Part shown: in pieces, positions 1-13,210 of the stretch
How positions within the stretch are numbered: the stretch's first letter is position 1
Layout of the letters: every line of letters begins with the position of its first letter
DNA from: Antedon mediterranea
Lineage: Eukaryota; Animalia; Echinodermata
DNA: 64,000 bases
Reading direction: 5' to 3'
Assembly (NCBI RefSeq): GCF_964355755.1
Contig: NC_092672.1
Coordinates: forward strand, 31,626,437-31,690,436
The notes under the pieces: model-generated
Database searches by the model: none
What the model was told of the DNA's origin: nothing
What the model saw: only the letters and a program-made list of their open reading frames with translations
Translations under genes and position numbers: made by a program

Positions 1-370
1 TGACTGCTTTGTTAAGAATAAAACTAGAAATAATAATAAACAAGTAAATTTCAAACAATGCTAAAATATGCATTTTCTATTATAACAATATTAATGATAT
101 ATCATACTGATTAAATTGCTATAAATATTGTATTATCATTTATCTTGGAATGATTTTGAATTAGAATCACGACGATATTAACATTGCTAGTCATTTTCAA
201 ACCCCTTACACGGTAATTATAAATGAATGATGATGGATGTAAATAGACCTAAAAAATAAGATCGCGGTGTTTGACACATTAGACGCAACACGTTTAATTA
301 ATAAAAAAAACACATAAATATACTTGATAATATGATGTTTGCTATAATTATTTAAATAAACAATATATAA

Positions 371-610
371 TACTTACAATCACTTGCTGTATTTACCTAT
401 GTTACCATTCATCCCTCTTTAGAGTTCTCATTCACGGTGACTGTTGCTATGATCTTAAATGAGTGCTATGCGTCGTATATCATACCTGGGTAGACCAATC
501 ATAACACGTCAAAATAAACACGCGAGTGGTTACGATTTAAACATGAATCCCATGATACAGTACATTACTATACTTACGTCACCATCCATCATAGGAGAGG
601 GCGCAATCAT
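371..610 (-). promoter_or_regulatory. Promoter and 5' non-coding exon of a probable additional GPCR paralog whose CDS lies left of the window
   Basis: Same ordered module as upstream of the GPCRs at 9731-9982, 13211-13343 and 18877-19476: minus-strand GTAAGT donor (376-377), Inr-like TCATTT, CCAAT (495-499), GAGGGCGC (597-604). Confidence 0.6.
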
Positions 611-770
611 ATTTTTTAAATCATTTGAGTTTCCTTCAACAATTAGATGTGTTCATTGTTGATGTATTAATATCTGATTCACGTATATACTAATTTGTCC
701 AGTAGGCCTATGATAGGCTCTGTAATACAGCGTCAAATATGTCATGGCATCAGAGCATTTGCAATGATTT

Positions 771-1260
771 AGATAGATAGATAGATAGATAGATAGCTAG
801 AAGATAGTGTCCAGCAAATGTCAGTCTTCTTCTTATTGTTTTTGTTGGTATAGTCATAGAGCCATTACAGTACTTCGTTACTGAATATTTGTTGCCATTT
901 TATTCTCATAGCAGTAGATTAAAGTGAGTGACTGCCATCAATTGCTTTCTTAAGTTTCTTTGTAATGGTCCAATTTTCTGATCCATATAGAAATACTGAT
1001 TCAACAGTCATCTTGAAGAGCCATAGTTTAAGGTTTTTACTACTATTTGACCTCCATATTTGATTTAATTTAGTAATTACAGTTCATGCTTTTTCTTTTC
1101 TTATTTTTAAATACCTGCTGGTCGTGTTAATAAAGCTACACAGATACCAGAAATCATTCACCTTGTCTATCTCTATACTATTCTGTGTTTTAATTTTTCC
1201 GGATTGATTATATGATATAAATTCTCTCCACCTTTCGACACAAGTTTGATGGTTTCTAGG
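771..1260 (-). mobile_element. Degenerate RTE-like LINE fragment (C-terminal part of RT) next to an (AGAT)n microsatellite
   Basis: Manual minus-strand translation gives ..KVNDFWYLCS..KIRKEKA*..KLNQIWRSN..LFKMTVESVFLYGSENWTITKK.., typical of the RTE post-RT region; contains stops. Confidence 0.7.
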
Positions 1261-2044
1261 CCCAGGTAAGGCAATCTATTGGTTCTGACCTGACCTGACC
1301 TGACTTGACCTGATATAGTTTGGTCGTCGGTCGTCGCAAATCGATAACTTCTTAATAACAAAGGTTTTTGTTATTACTAACACAATTATAATAAGATGCT
1401 TAATGTACTATATTTGTTATTGTTATGCTTTAAAATTCATGATATATAGATACATAAAATGTAATTAGTATAAATAGACATTTTTAATGAATTAAACCAT
1501 TCCACTTATATGGATTAAGATTATATGTACAATCTACTGCGTAATCAACATACACGTATAAAAAGTTTAAAAAAAAATTCATTAATGCCTATCAATAATT
1601 TATTTTGATGTTTTATATGTGATTTTATATAGATTTGTATTTTATATGTATATTTCCTATTATCTCTCAGTGTATAAAGAACAATTTATGATGTATTATT
1701 TTATATTGGACCAAATAAAAACTTAAAATTGGCTTTAGTGAAATTGCATTATAGGAGTAAATTTACTTTTATGTTTTAATTTAGTACGATAGATAAGTAC
1801 GAAATGATGTATATATTTCATATGTTTACAAATACAGTATAGCCTCTATTAAGGAGACCCATGGGACCTAAAAAAGTTTCTCATTCATATATATTTACAT
1901 AAATTACTATAACTAGAGATTGTTTAAGAAAAAAAGTACATAAACTAATAATAAATAAAAGAAAACAAAGTTACAATTTCTATTTAAACCATATTATCCA
2001 ATCTTAACTGGTCTTATGAAATATATATTTAACGTTCATCATAT

Positions 2045-2262
2045 CTTAAAAGTAAATAGTTCTTGTATACTAATTTAAATTTAGAAGTTGTAGATGCATT
2101 TTTAATATCTACATGGATTCAATTCCATAATTTAGCTTCTTGGTATTTAATAGAGTCCTTGATCACATTGTTTGTACATTTAGGTAAAAGATAATCATTT
2201 GCATTGCGTGTATTATAACTATGTAGTTGACTATGTTTCATAAAGTAGTTATTAAATGATTT
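2045..2262 (-). mobile_element. 3' end fragment of a CR1/L2-group LINE ORF2
   Basis: Minus-strand translation KSFNNYF..HSYNTRNANDYLLPK..SIKYQEAKLWN*..IKNASTTSKFK matches the HxYxTR..WNxLP..FK C-terminus of CR1/L2 ORF2. Confidence 0.7.
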
Positions 2263-2274
2263 TCAATGGGGGGA

Positions 2275-4372
2275 GCACTGCTACATCAAACTCTTGGCCC
2301 GAAAAAGCAACATTTCAAGACATTTATTATGTACCATGTATGTTTGTTACGTTTTGTGAAGGCAAAGTAAACTCTTGTATTTAATGGCTATAATTATGGG
2401 CCGTAAGTAAATTTGATTTAGGAAAAGGTGTTGGTCTTAAAAATCATCACATCACAGTTGGAGTAGTATGTCAAGAAATGAAAAAAACATTCCATCAGAG
2501 CTATTATGGAGAAAGGTCAATGGAGACTTTCTGTGAGAAAGTTGCAAAAAGCAAAATGTAAGTTAAAAAAATCTATTTCCTCAAAATGCTGCAAAATGTC
2601 ATTTCGTGAGTCTTTATTACCATGTATAGCAGTGGATAGGAAATATTCTTCAACCCACAGACTGGGGGATGGAAAGTTACAGATGGCATGATGTGTCTAT
2701 TGGTGACAAATTTACTACCAGCACCATAGAAACTATATTAAAGTTGATTATATGTATACCTGTAAATAAGGTTGTGGTAAAATAAATTGCATTTGCAGAA
2801 AATATGGTTTAAACTGCTGCTCCACTAGTTTTGAAAAATGCCACAGCATCAGCACATGCTCAATTCCCCCCCCCCCCCCACCAATAGATTGAGGATGAGA
2901 TACTGACAAGATGAAAGTGAAATTACCGTATTTATTTGAATAAATACCCTTGGTTGTTGATTGTTAAGGGAGTGGGGCGTGTAATCGTCGTGGAGAGGCG
3001 TTTATTTTCTTGGGTGTAATGTGGTAAAATGTATAATTAAATAAATACACCCTTTAGATATAAACAAATACAACACAATTTGATAAATTGTAGATCATGT
3101 CATTCAGTGAATTCTATTACAAATAGAGATGTGCTATAATACATTGTATATATAGTACAGGAAAGATAAGCTCAGAATTAATGAAAGGTTGAAAAAATGG
3201 CAACAGAATTGTTTTCACCACAATGCATTTTGATAAGGTCCATATATAAACATACTAAAAGTCTAGAAAAATCCAGGTAAGGGAAATAGGGTTTTTAACA
3301 AAATTGGCCGACAATGTGTAAACAAGGACAAACAAATATAAATAGGCCTATTAGATCTAATTACCACTTGATAGCAGTTTTTGCAGTGCTTTTTATGTTT
3401 CTTTAGTTTCAAACATTTTAACTGCATTTTATTTTAAGTGCTATTATTTAGAAAATGGCAAAAACAATAGAGACATCACGCCATTTAAAGAGTATTTTCT
3501 TCCACTGCTGTACCTGGTAATAGACACGCAATGACATTTTGCAACATTTGTTGTTGGGGGAAAGGATTTTATTTCAGGTGCCGCTTGGCTTTTTCAGGAC
3601 TAATTTCTCACAGAACCGTTAATAACGTTAGGTTATCCAAATTCCCTCCATACAGTATATAGCTATACCAATGAAAATTTCCTTTTTTGGAGAAGTTTAG
3701 TTTTACACAGTTTGTAAGCACACCTTTTTCTATACCGGATAGGTGGGATGTAGTATCACATCCCTGGATTCCATGTAAAAAAGGCCCAAAGGAAATACTT
3801 TACATGTATATAATGCATTTACAGTGCTTCCCCCATCGATAACATACAGTGTTATATCAATGAATGAAGCAGCCGTGACATTAATAGAGAAGCATTGCAC
3901 ATTGCACAGATACTGTTTAAAAGACGGTATTGATGATTATGAGAGACAGTCATACACATGCATCATTTATAGAAATAAAAACTTTGTCCTGCACACCATA
4001 CATACTTCTAGTCTACTCAGAAACCTTTATATCACTGCCCAGTGCTACATAAAATCATTTATTATACCATGTATATTTCTTACGTTATGTGAAGGCAAAG
4101 TATGTTTTTGATGAATATAATTATGGGCTGTCAGTAAATTTGGTTTAGGAAAAGTTGTCTTAAAAATCATCACATCATTCACAGTTGCAGTAATATGCGG
4201 TCAAATTGTGTAAACCAAACACTTTCCAAAAGAAAAAAATAATCATTGCATCAGAAGACTTTGGTATTGGTAGCTATATGGAGGGAAGTCAATGGAGACT
4301 ATTGTTTTGTGAAAAAGTTGCAAAAAGCAAAATGTCAGTTCAAATAAAATCAAATCTATTCCCTCAAAATGA
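2275..4372 (+). repeat. Diverged ~300-bp direct repeat pair (2275-2590 and 4040-4372)
   Basis: Shared blocks such as tgtgaaggcaaagta, tataattatggg, cttaaaaatcatcacatca, gtcaatggagact, aaagttgcaaaaagcaaaatgt. Confidence 0.7.
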
Positions 4373-4529
4373 TTCTAGTGAAATTAGTCTTAAATTACAC
4401 ACAGCATTTAAAACACACACACTTTTTCCGGAGACTAAATCTTATGTAGAAGAATTTTACAGTAGGCGGAGGTACTTATGCACTCTCGGAGTGGCTTTCT
4501 ACAGTATTATTCACATATTAACGATAAAA

Positions 4530-7205
4530 TAGCAAGCCTTGAAGAAGAAAATCATGATTTTAGAAAACAATATTGATGAAGCTGAACAATATTCCAAGCG
4601 TAATTGCTTAATTCTTCACGGCGTGAGAGATGATTTAACATAGCTCATTATCAACGATTGTGACGCTACAAGTATTGAAATCAATTCCAAGCCAAAGAAT
4701 ATTATTTTTTTCAGTTATTTACCGTCCACCAGATAAAGTCTAAATTGTTTCAATGAACAACTATCCTTATTTTTTGATGAGGTAAATAAAGTAATTAAAA
4801 GTATTTTTGTTTGTGGAGACCTAAACATTGACTTACTAAAATTTGATGATCATAAACTAACATCTGACTTTCTTTCTAATATTTATTCAGCTAACATGTT
4901 TCCCATTATAGATAAACATACTCGTATAACAAATAACTCATCTACCCTAATTGCTCATATTTACTAATCATAGTATTAAGTCCGGAATCCTATTTTGTGA
5001 TATAACAGATCATCTTCCTTTTTTTTTTTGCATTTCGTCCAAATATAAACCTCTTACGGCTAACATGCCTAAGCATATATATAAAAGATCAATTAATGAT
5101 AACTCATTAAAAATGAGGACGGTGAATGCGCAGACGGACCGTTACAAGTACTCGTTCTACCCAGCTGGGATAAGGCATTATAACAAAACATTTGTTAGAT
5201 AGTCCCCCGTTATATTTATATTTATTTTAGGCAAGCCAAGGTTTATGAGCACTGTAATTTCCATTATTATTTTGGACAATAAATGAATCTGTATCTGTAT
5301 CTGTATCTGTATCTGTATCTGTATCTCTATGAGTTCTTTATTACCATAATTGTAATCTACTGATTGGACTGAAGTAACATCTATTAATGATGTAGACAGA
5401 GCTTATAATTTATTTCATATTAAGCTCATGTTTTTATATGATAAACATTTTCCGTTGCGTAGGGAAAAAATGAATATTCGCAAACAAAACAAACCTTTGA
5501 TCACAGATGGTATAATTAAATCAAACGCAACAAACTCTATAAAATATATGTTTATTCTGGCAATAACTCAGACAAACTCAAATATGTAACTTATAGAAAC
5601 AAATTGACCAATCTAATCCGCGTATCATCTAGAAACTATTTCAGAAACATTAACACTTATGACAATGATATCAAGAAAACATGGGAAACCATTAACTCGG
5701 TCCTCGGTAAAAATTATAATCGCAGATTTCCGTCTTTTATCATAAACAATAACATCAAAATCACTGATCCGCAAAATGTTACTAACGAATACAACATTTT
5801 TGTTGTTGAAATTGGCTCTAGAATTTCACAATCAATTAACCCAACTAACTGTACCTTTCTATCATGTCTTAGTCATCCAACAAAAACTCAATGTTTCTTG
5901 AACCAATCAATGAAATCGAGATCCTTAATATTATAGCGGGCTTTAAAAAAAAAGTTTAGGATCCGACGATATTCATCCTGATGTTATAAAACATATTCAC
6001 ACTATATTTCAATGCCTCTGACCCATATTTTTTAATATTTCTTTTATTTCTGGACATTTCCCTAATGCTCTAAAAATCTCAACAATTGTACAAGTTTACA
6101 AGAAAGATGATCCACATGTGATTAACAATTACAGACCCATAGCACTTCTTCCGATATTTTCAAAAGTTCTTGAAAAGTTGATTTATAGTCGTCTATCTTC
6201 TTTCTTTACAAAAAAAAAAAATATTTTGCATGATAACCAATATGGTTTTCGTTCAACACATTCGAACGATCTTGCTGTCCTACACATGTATGATAAATTA
6301 ACAACCTCTCTTGCACATGGCAATCATACTATTGGTATATTTCTTGATTTGTCGAAGGCCTTTGACACTATTGATCATGATGTATTATTATCAAAATTAT
6401 ACCACTATGGTGTCAGAGCCCTTCCTCTTAACCTTCTGAAATCTTACCTTTCAAATAGATACCAATTTACTTATGTTAATTCTTTTAAATCTCATATATT
6501 GCCTATTAATTGTGATGTACATCAAGGGTCTATACTCGGCTTTACTTTTACTTTACTTTACTTTTTGTTATTTATGTTAATGATCTTCCCAATGTCTCAA
6601 ATTTACTCCAAATCATTTTATTCGCAGATGACAGCAATATTTTCTTTTCTCACAAAAATATAAACACTCTTGTTAATACTGTTAATTCTGAACTTGATAG
6701 AGTTTATTTATGGTTTAAATCAAACAAATTGTTGTTAAACACATCTAAGACTAACTTCATCTACTTTACACAAAATAACAAGCATGATATAATACTTTTC
6801 CTTTTGATATTATAATCGTTGAAAACCCAATAAAAAAAGTAAACAATTTAAAATTTCTTAGGGTTCAAATTGATTCAAAATTGAACTGGCAAACACACAT
6901 TGCAATTAATAATAAAACAGTGTCTAAAAATGTTGGTGTTTTAAGTAAATTTAAATATATTCTTCCATAAAATATTTTATTTTTGCTTTACAACACTCTC
7001 ATTTTACCATACTTAACCTACTGTAATATTGCTTGAGATTCAATTCCTAACAACATTTTGCAGACTAATCATTGGAATAGTCCATCAACATCCAAAATTC
7101 ACTGTCTCTTTAAGCTTCAAAAGAAGGCTCTAAGGATTTGCACTGGAGTACCCCAAGATTCCATACAAGACAATTATTCCATCAGCTAAACACTTTAAAC
7201 ATATT
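4530..7205 (+). mobile_element. Degenerate CR1/L2-group LINE (ORF1 remnant plus frameshifted APE-RT ORF2)
   Basis: ORF1 motif EAEQYSKRNCLILHGV (~4580-4625); APE motifs YRPP, GDLNIDLL, TDHLP; RT motifs NYRPIALLPIFSKVLEK, QYGFR, FLDLSKAFDTIDH, QGSILG, LFADD. Many frameshifts; truncated at a MITE end near 7205. Confidence 0.9.
5110..5326 (+). mobile_element. 5'-truncated LINE 3' end (Rex1/L2-like) nested in the older LINE, with an (ATCTGT)n tail
   Basis: Encodes TDRYKYSFYPAGIRHYN*, followed by 3'UTR, AATAAA and a microsatellite tail; interrupts the host ORF2; a second copy lies at 25853-26003. Confidence 0.75.
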
Positions 7206-7670
7206 CGTGGGAACCAAGCTTTAGTTGCTCTTACGTGCGTCCTTGCATTACGTCCTAGTGGGAACCAAGCTTTATGGCACCATTTAAATTATTAAGTACG
7301 CTAGTATTTCGTCATAATGCTTTATGTATACGTCTCCTTTTTTGCTATACGGTACGTCTTTATTTTTCCGTTACGTATACGCCATTATTGAGGTAATATA
7401 CTTCCTATGCTACATAAAACCAATGTCTTTCAACAATGTTCTTTATTTACGTATTATGCTGCTTTTCTTAAAATATACAGTTGACATAAAAACACCAGTT
7501 TAGTCACAGGACGTAGGTTCGTTTTATTGCGTAAAACAAGTTGTTTTTGCGTTGCGTTGCGTACGTCATTGTGTGTACTTGTTTTTTTTAAAAGAATACA
7601 GCATTTTCATTATGCAAAACATGAAATATAAGTTGTACCAAACTTGTGTCAGGTGGGGACACTAAGTTTC

Positions 7671-8681
7671 TCACTTGAAACATTGTAGACTGTAGAACTT
7701 GAAAAACACGCTTCTGATTTTAAGATTTGTAAGTGCATAAAGGAATGGATTGATGGCAGAGTTACTCCACCACAATAGGTTGACAACAAACGACCCAACA
7801 TTTATAGCTGGTGAGTTGTCATTACTAATTACACTCCAAATAAGCACAATCGAATAAGGAGTCCAGCAGATGACAAAAGCAGAAACTAGAGCCGCTAGAG
7901 TTATTGCCGCTTTTCGATGACTTCTCATCGAAGAGACGGTAGTATCCACGTTTTGTCGGTCAGACCTCAAAGATGCATGACCTGTAGTGATTGGTATAAA
8001 ATTGTTTGCAACCTGGTGTATTGACTGGTTTTGATTTATACGCGTACGATGACGTATCTCTTTGAATACATAGCTATTCAAATATATTATAATGGTGGAC
8101 GGCAACAAATTAACGAATATAGCTACCAAAGTGTATGCCAGACTTTTTAACTCTATATCGCAAATTACCGAATAATCAATTATTTGTTCACCTCTGAATT
8201 TCTCCCAGAATAAAATTGGAATTGCGTAAAATGGTAGGACAGCCGCCCACGAGACAAGAATCATAATGGTAACTCGTTTTGTAGTCTGAAATTGAAGGTA
8301 TTTCAACTTCAGTTTTAGCATCCAATACCGATCCAAACTGATTAAGATAATACCACAAACAGAAATACCACATGCCGTGTAGTCAATGATCAACAACATT
8401 TTACAGACGCCTTCACCGAATGGCCAATAACCAAACATTAGCCAAAGAGTGTTAAGCGGGAACGAGAAAGCGCCAATTAAAAAGTCCGCTACAGAAAGAT
8501 TCAAGATAAACAAATTCGCTGGATTCAAACGAAGCGATTTTTCGGTAATAAAAGCAAGAATGACGAGACTGTTTCCGAACACTGTCACTACGGACAACAG
8601 CCAGCCTATTACGATTCCGCCAGATACAATCAAGCTATCGTCAGTTTGATTTTCGTCACAATAATCGGAGGACGATTCCAT
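7671..8681 (-). CDS. Histamine H3/H4-like aminergic class A GPCR (paralog 1), 336 aa
   Basis: 7 TM segments; GN in TM1, LSxAD, D3.32 (IIDYTAC), DRY, CWTPY, W7.43 and NSAINPFLY; single coding exon with a 5'UTR acceptor at ~8716. Confidence 0.9.
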   Translation of the reverse strand: MESSSDYCDENQTDDSLIVSGGIVIGWLLSVVTVFGNSLVILAFITEKSLRLNPANLFILNLSVADFLIGAFSFPLNTLWLMFGYWPFGEGVCKMLLIIDYTACGISVCGIILISLDRYWMLKLKLKYLQFQTTKRVTIMILVSWAAVLPFYAIPILFWEKFRGEQIIDYSVICDIELKSLAYTLVAIFVNLLPSTIIIYLNSYVFKEIRHRTRINQNQSIHQVANNFIPITTGHASLRSDRQNVDTTVSSMRSHRKAAITLAALVSAFVICWTPYSIVLIWSVISNDNSPAINVGSFVVNLLWWSNSAINPFLYALTNLKIRSVFFKFYSLQCFK

Positions 8682-9341
8682 GTTGCCGTGAAATTAACTT
8701 ACACAATCACTGAAACTGAATAAAACAATAGTTTGAGTTAGAACAATTCCATAAACTCCCCTGAAAAAATATTATGTCGATTATAAACAGTTAAAATTAA
8801 CCATAAATCCGAAACTTCCAGACAACGGGTTTCCGGTGACTATTTTCCCCGTTAAATTACGGGTTTAAACGTAAATAATATGTTTTCAATCTAATTTTTT
8901 TTGGAATGAATAACTATTATGTGACTAAACAAACAAAGATAAACTCCGATCTGTAAACATTAAATCTAGACATTATTATTGGCGTAACATCTTGGGTTGG
9001 GCAAGCCTATGAAGAGCTGTTAAGAATACAAAATAGATACAAATAATTACTACAGTTGGTAGTGATAAAGCTGCAGATAGTATCATTTCTTTAACTAACA
9101 TACCTCTATTTTACAATACGTATAATTTGGTTCATATTAAATATTTATTTATATCAATCAATAGGCTATGTTGACTTCCTTGCTGATAAAATAAACGATA
9201 CAATACCAGTATAAATGTTCAAGAAGCCTAACAAACTTTACACGGGCAGCTAACTCGCATTTTGTAAACACAGGTTGATAACGTTTTCTAGTAAAGCCTG
9301 TTTGTAAACTGAAGTTTGATAGTAAAGCCTGTTTACACGAG

Positions 9342-9448
9342 AACAAGGCCATATACATGACTGCAGTCGTGTGCTTAAGTTAGTGTTTACCGACCAACCG
9401 ACCGACATACAGTAGTGAGCTATAGAGTCACTTTGCATGCGACAAAAA
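9342..9448 (-). mobile_element. Short Helentron/DINE-like non-autonomous element
   Basis: Reverse complement shares the TTTTT-GTCGC..GACTCTATAG..TATGTCGGTCGGTTGGTCGG start and GGCCTTGTT end with the 13782-14587 element. Confidence 0.6.
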
Positions 9449-9536
9449 TTGCACTTTGCAAACACAAGGTAATCAAGTTTTCTACCCTCAATTTTGATCA
9501 TGTTTGCGATAATTTTGAATAAAAAATACACAATTA

Positions 9537-9728
9537 AGGCCAATTTAAACAGACGAGTTGTAACGGTAAGCGGAAAAGCGCGTAGCTTGTCCAACGTAAA
9601 ATATGTATCTCTTCTGATAGATTTTCTGTTAAACCGCTCCATTTGTTGTGTAAATGGTCATAAGAAATGATATTCTATAGGTTGCGTGTTCCGCTTACCG
9701 TTTACCGCTCGTGTGTGTAAACTGGCCT
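9537..9728. mobile_element. MITE family C (TIR AGGCCAATTTA.ACAGACGAG..)
   Basis: Terminal and subterminal inverted repeats (gtaacggtaagcggaa / ttccgcttaccgtttac); same family as 50966-51327. Confidence 0.7.
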
Positions 9729-9730
9729 TT

Positions 9731-9982
9731 ATACTTACTGTTACTGTGTCTGTATAGTATGATGTTACCATTCATTAGTCATTTGTGTTCTTATTCACAC
9801 AGGTTGTTGTCTAATAAATGAATACAAAATGCTTCGTATATGAACTGTATTATACTATTGTTAGGCCAATCAATGTCCACATAACAAAAATGGGTGTTTA
9901 CGACGAACCTGACATTTTTGACATAAATCGAGGTAATTATGATGCATTTATACTTGCATCATCGTCATTAGGATGAGGGCGC
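9731..9982 (-). promoter_or_regulatory. Putative promoter and non-coding first exon of GPCR paralog 1
   Basis: GTAAGT donor (9737-9738), Inr-like TCATTT, CCAAT 9866-9870, GAGGGCGC 9975-9982; conserved among paralogs. Confidence 0.6.
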
Positions 9983-10460
9983 AATACTCAAACTCAATCA
10001 CACAATTTCAAGGAGTTTCCTCAATTGGGGATACCTAAAAAGATCTTGGTGCACAATATTTTTTCTTTGGTAACTTGTTGCCGATGTTACAAATGTCGTT
10101 CAATTTAATAAACAAACATTTTACACTTCAGTAACTTTTGTTTTCGCGTTTAAAAAATGAATTCAAAATATAGAAGGACAATATTACCCGAAAGCTAGCT
10201 CTGGCTGCTTTAATTTATCAATTTTTGCTTATTAATTATTTTGTATCTTCATTGAGATCCAGCCACTTCTACCCACATCATTGTCATTTTTTCAGTAATT
10301 TGTTTTTGGATTTTAAAATAAATAAATAAATATGTAATAAAGTACTGACCGCTGTAAATGTACATGTTATTGTCACTGGCCAATTTTTAATTTGTATATA
10401 TTTCATATTTATGTTAATTTTTCATTCATTCATATTACACAAACCAGAAATGGTGTTGGT

Positions 10461-10821
10461 AGTCTATAAGTGCTGCTTACCTGGATAAACCCGACAATAG
10501 CCCCTTTTCCAATCAATCCTTATACAATGTATAATATATATGAGATCAACTTAGCCTCGGCTAGCGTCTCAAGGTTCGATTTTCTTCCTCGTTTGTGACG
10601 TACGCAACGTTCTCAAACTTCGTGACTTGTCTTCGTGACAGTACGAAAAGAAATGATGACGGTAACACGTGGGAGTGGTCCCACAAGAGGGCGCTAGAGC
10701 GGATTGTACCATTCTTAATGAGGTGAATTCGGGTAAAATTCTTCTTTTCATAATTGTTTCGCACTTGGTGGAAAAGGAGCTATTGTCGGGTTTATCCAGG
10801 TAAGCAGGCACGTAATAGACT
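10461..10821. mobile_element. MITE with ~50-bp TIRs carrying a CTCF-like motif
   Basis: agtctat..tgcttacctggataaacccgacaatagc..cttttcca (10461-10511) is the reverse complement of 10769-10821; internal CCACAAGAGGGCGCTA at 10681-10696. Confidence 0.8.
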
Positions 10822-11287
10822 TATAGTTTTCTATTATGTGCCTCTGAGGATTCGAATAAAACAATAATAAGATAACAAATTAACAAATAGAAACAAAGTT
10901 AGTATTCCAATTCACTGTGTGCATGCATGGGAAGTTTCAACATTCTGTTATTCGACACAGTACATTTTGGTGGTTTCTTGGACCCCTCGTGAAACGTCAC
11001 AAAGTAAACATGAATATTAGTTATATTTAGGAAGTAGTTCGGCTATCTTTCACATGGGGTCCCCAACTTATGTTCGCCAAAAATTCGCGTCCAGGCCATC
11101 ACAATTTGAACGCTCTCTCTAAGAAAATGGTTTAGATTTGATAGTAATAATCGAAACTGTTTTGGTCGACTTAGTATATTTATTTCAACCCACATTTTCA
11201 ATTTAGATACTCATAATAGAATTGACTTTTCTACAGATTTATGTTAATTATTCGTACAGAAATGGCCAAAGTTAATTACACTGGAGT

Positions 11288-11530
11288 TTACATAATTGTT
11301 GCTATACGTTTACACCATTGTTTCGTTACATTGACGTCATTGTTGCGTTGCACTTAAGTCGTTGTTGCGTTTACATAATCGTTGCGTTACGTTTACATCA
11401 TTGTTGCTATACGTTTACACCATTGTTTCGTTACATTTACGTTATTGTTGCGTTGCACTTAAGTCGTTGTTGCGTTTACATAATCGTTGCGTTACGTTTA
11501 CGTCATTGTTGCGTTGCGCTTACGTCGTAG
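11288..11530. repeat. Tandem repeat (~108-bp unit built from gttgcgtt/tttacat subunits)
   Basis: Direct near-identical duplication visible; related to the gcgttgcgtt motifs of MITE family B. Confidence 0.75.
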
Positions 11531-11656
11531 TTTAGTTGGGTCATAATGAACTTAAGTGTTTCTATAAACCAAAGCATACAACGTGTTGCCAAACTGTACG
11601 TCAGTTTAGTAACACGGAAGAAACACAGGATTTCTATACACTTATTATTTTTAAAC

Positions 11657-12657
11657 TTATTTGAAACATTTAAAACGTAGGAATTTCAAAAACACTTTAA
11701 TTTTAAGGTTTGTAAGTGCGTAAAGGAACGGATTGATGGCCGAGTTGCTCCAAATGAGATAGTAGACGACCTCTAAAAGTATGTAATCAGGCGAGTCATC
11801 CCCAAAACTCCAAATAAGCACAATGCAATAAGGAGTCCAGCAGACGATAAAAACAGAAACTAATACCGCAAGAGTTACTGCCGCTTTTCGATGTCGTCTC
11901 ATCGAAGAAATGGTCGCATTTACGTTTTTTCGTTTATACTTTGAACTGATTGATAAATGATTGTCTGCAACCTGAAGTATTGATTGGTTGTGATTAATAC
12001 GCGCACGATGACGTATATCTTTATATACGGTGATATTTAAATATATTATAATGGCTAACGGTATTAACAACTCAACGAAAACAGTAAACAAATTGTACGC
12101 CATACTTTGTCCCGATTCCATGTCGCAATTTTCTGAATAATCTATTATTTTTTTACCCGTCAAGTTTTCCCAGAATAAAGTTGAAATTGCGAAAATGGTA
12201 TGATAACAGCCCACGAGACAAGAATCATAACGGTAACTCGTTTTGTAGTCTGAAACTGACGGTATTTCAACTTCATATTTAGCATAAAGTACCGATCCAA
12301 ACTGATTAAAATAATACCACAAACAGAAACAGTACATGCCGTGTAGTCAATGATCAACCACATCTTACAGACTCCTTCCCCGAATGGCCAATAATCAAAC
12401 ATTAGCCAAAAAGTGTTAAAAGGAAGCGAGAAAGCGCCAACTAAAAAATCCGCTACAGAAAGATTCAAGATGAACAAATTTGCTGGATTCGAACGAAGTG
12501 ATATTTCTGTTGTGAGAGCAAAAATGACTAAACCGTTTCCCAACACGGTTACAATGGACAACAGCCAGCGTATGACGATTCCGCCGGATACAATCAAAGT
12601 ATCGTCAGTTTGATTTCCGATGTCATAGTCGGAGGAGGAGGAGGAGGAGGATTCCAT
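11657..12657 (-). pseudogene. Histamine H3/H4-like GPCR (paralog 2), frameshifted
   Basis: Split across ORFs 12160-12657 and 11657-12337; a 1-bp deletion at ~12191 (gcg-aaaatgg versus gcgtaaaatgg in paralogs 1 and 4); also an Arg in TM1 (VIRWLL) and a 3-bp deletion in helix 8. Confidence 0.75.
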
Positions 12658-13210
12658 ATTGAAATACTGAACCTAAAATAAAACAATATAGTTAGAATGA
12701 TTATATTCTAATATAGATTATATTCAGTTCATATTTTATAGAATTTAGTGACGTCACTATCTACAATTTATCAAGCATTTTGATACTGTGTCTACTGTTT
12801 ATCTTCTTGATTTTAATTGTGTTGTATTTGTTCATAATATCTATGGGTAATTTAATTGATTATACATGTTTATAAATATTTCAATCAATCAATTCAATCA
12901 ATAAAGAACTTTTTAATTTGAAAATAAACATTGAATGTGTTACAATTACACACACAAATAAACGCCCTTTTCCCCTAAAATCCTTTCTGAAAAAAATAAA
13001 CGTGTCGAATAAAATTCTCTAAATAATAACATAATTATGAATGATTATAAATAATTTTTTAGTGATTTTGAATTTAAATCATACGTATTAAAAAGATCTC
13101 GGTGTTGTCAGAAAAATCTGTATATATTTCTATAAATAATAATAAGAATGTCCACAAAATGTTTCACAATGTATTTGTTATATTGTATTATGAACACTAC
13201 ATAAATAATT

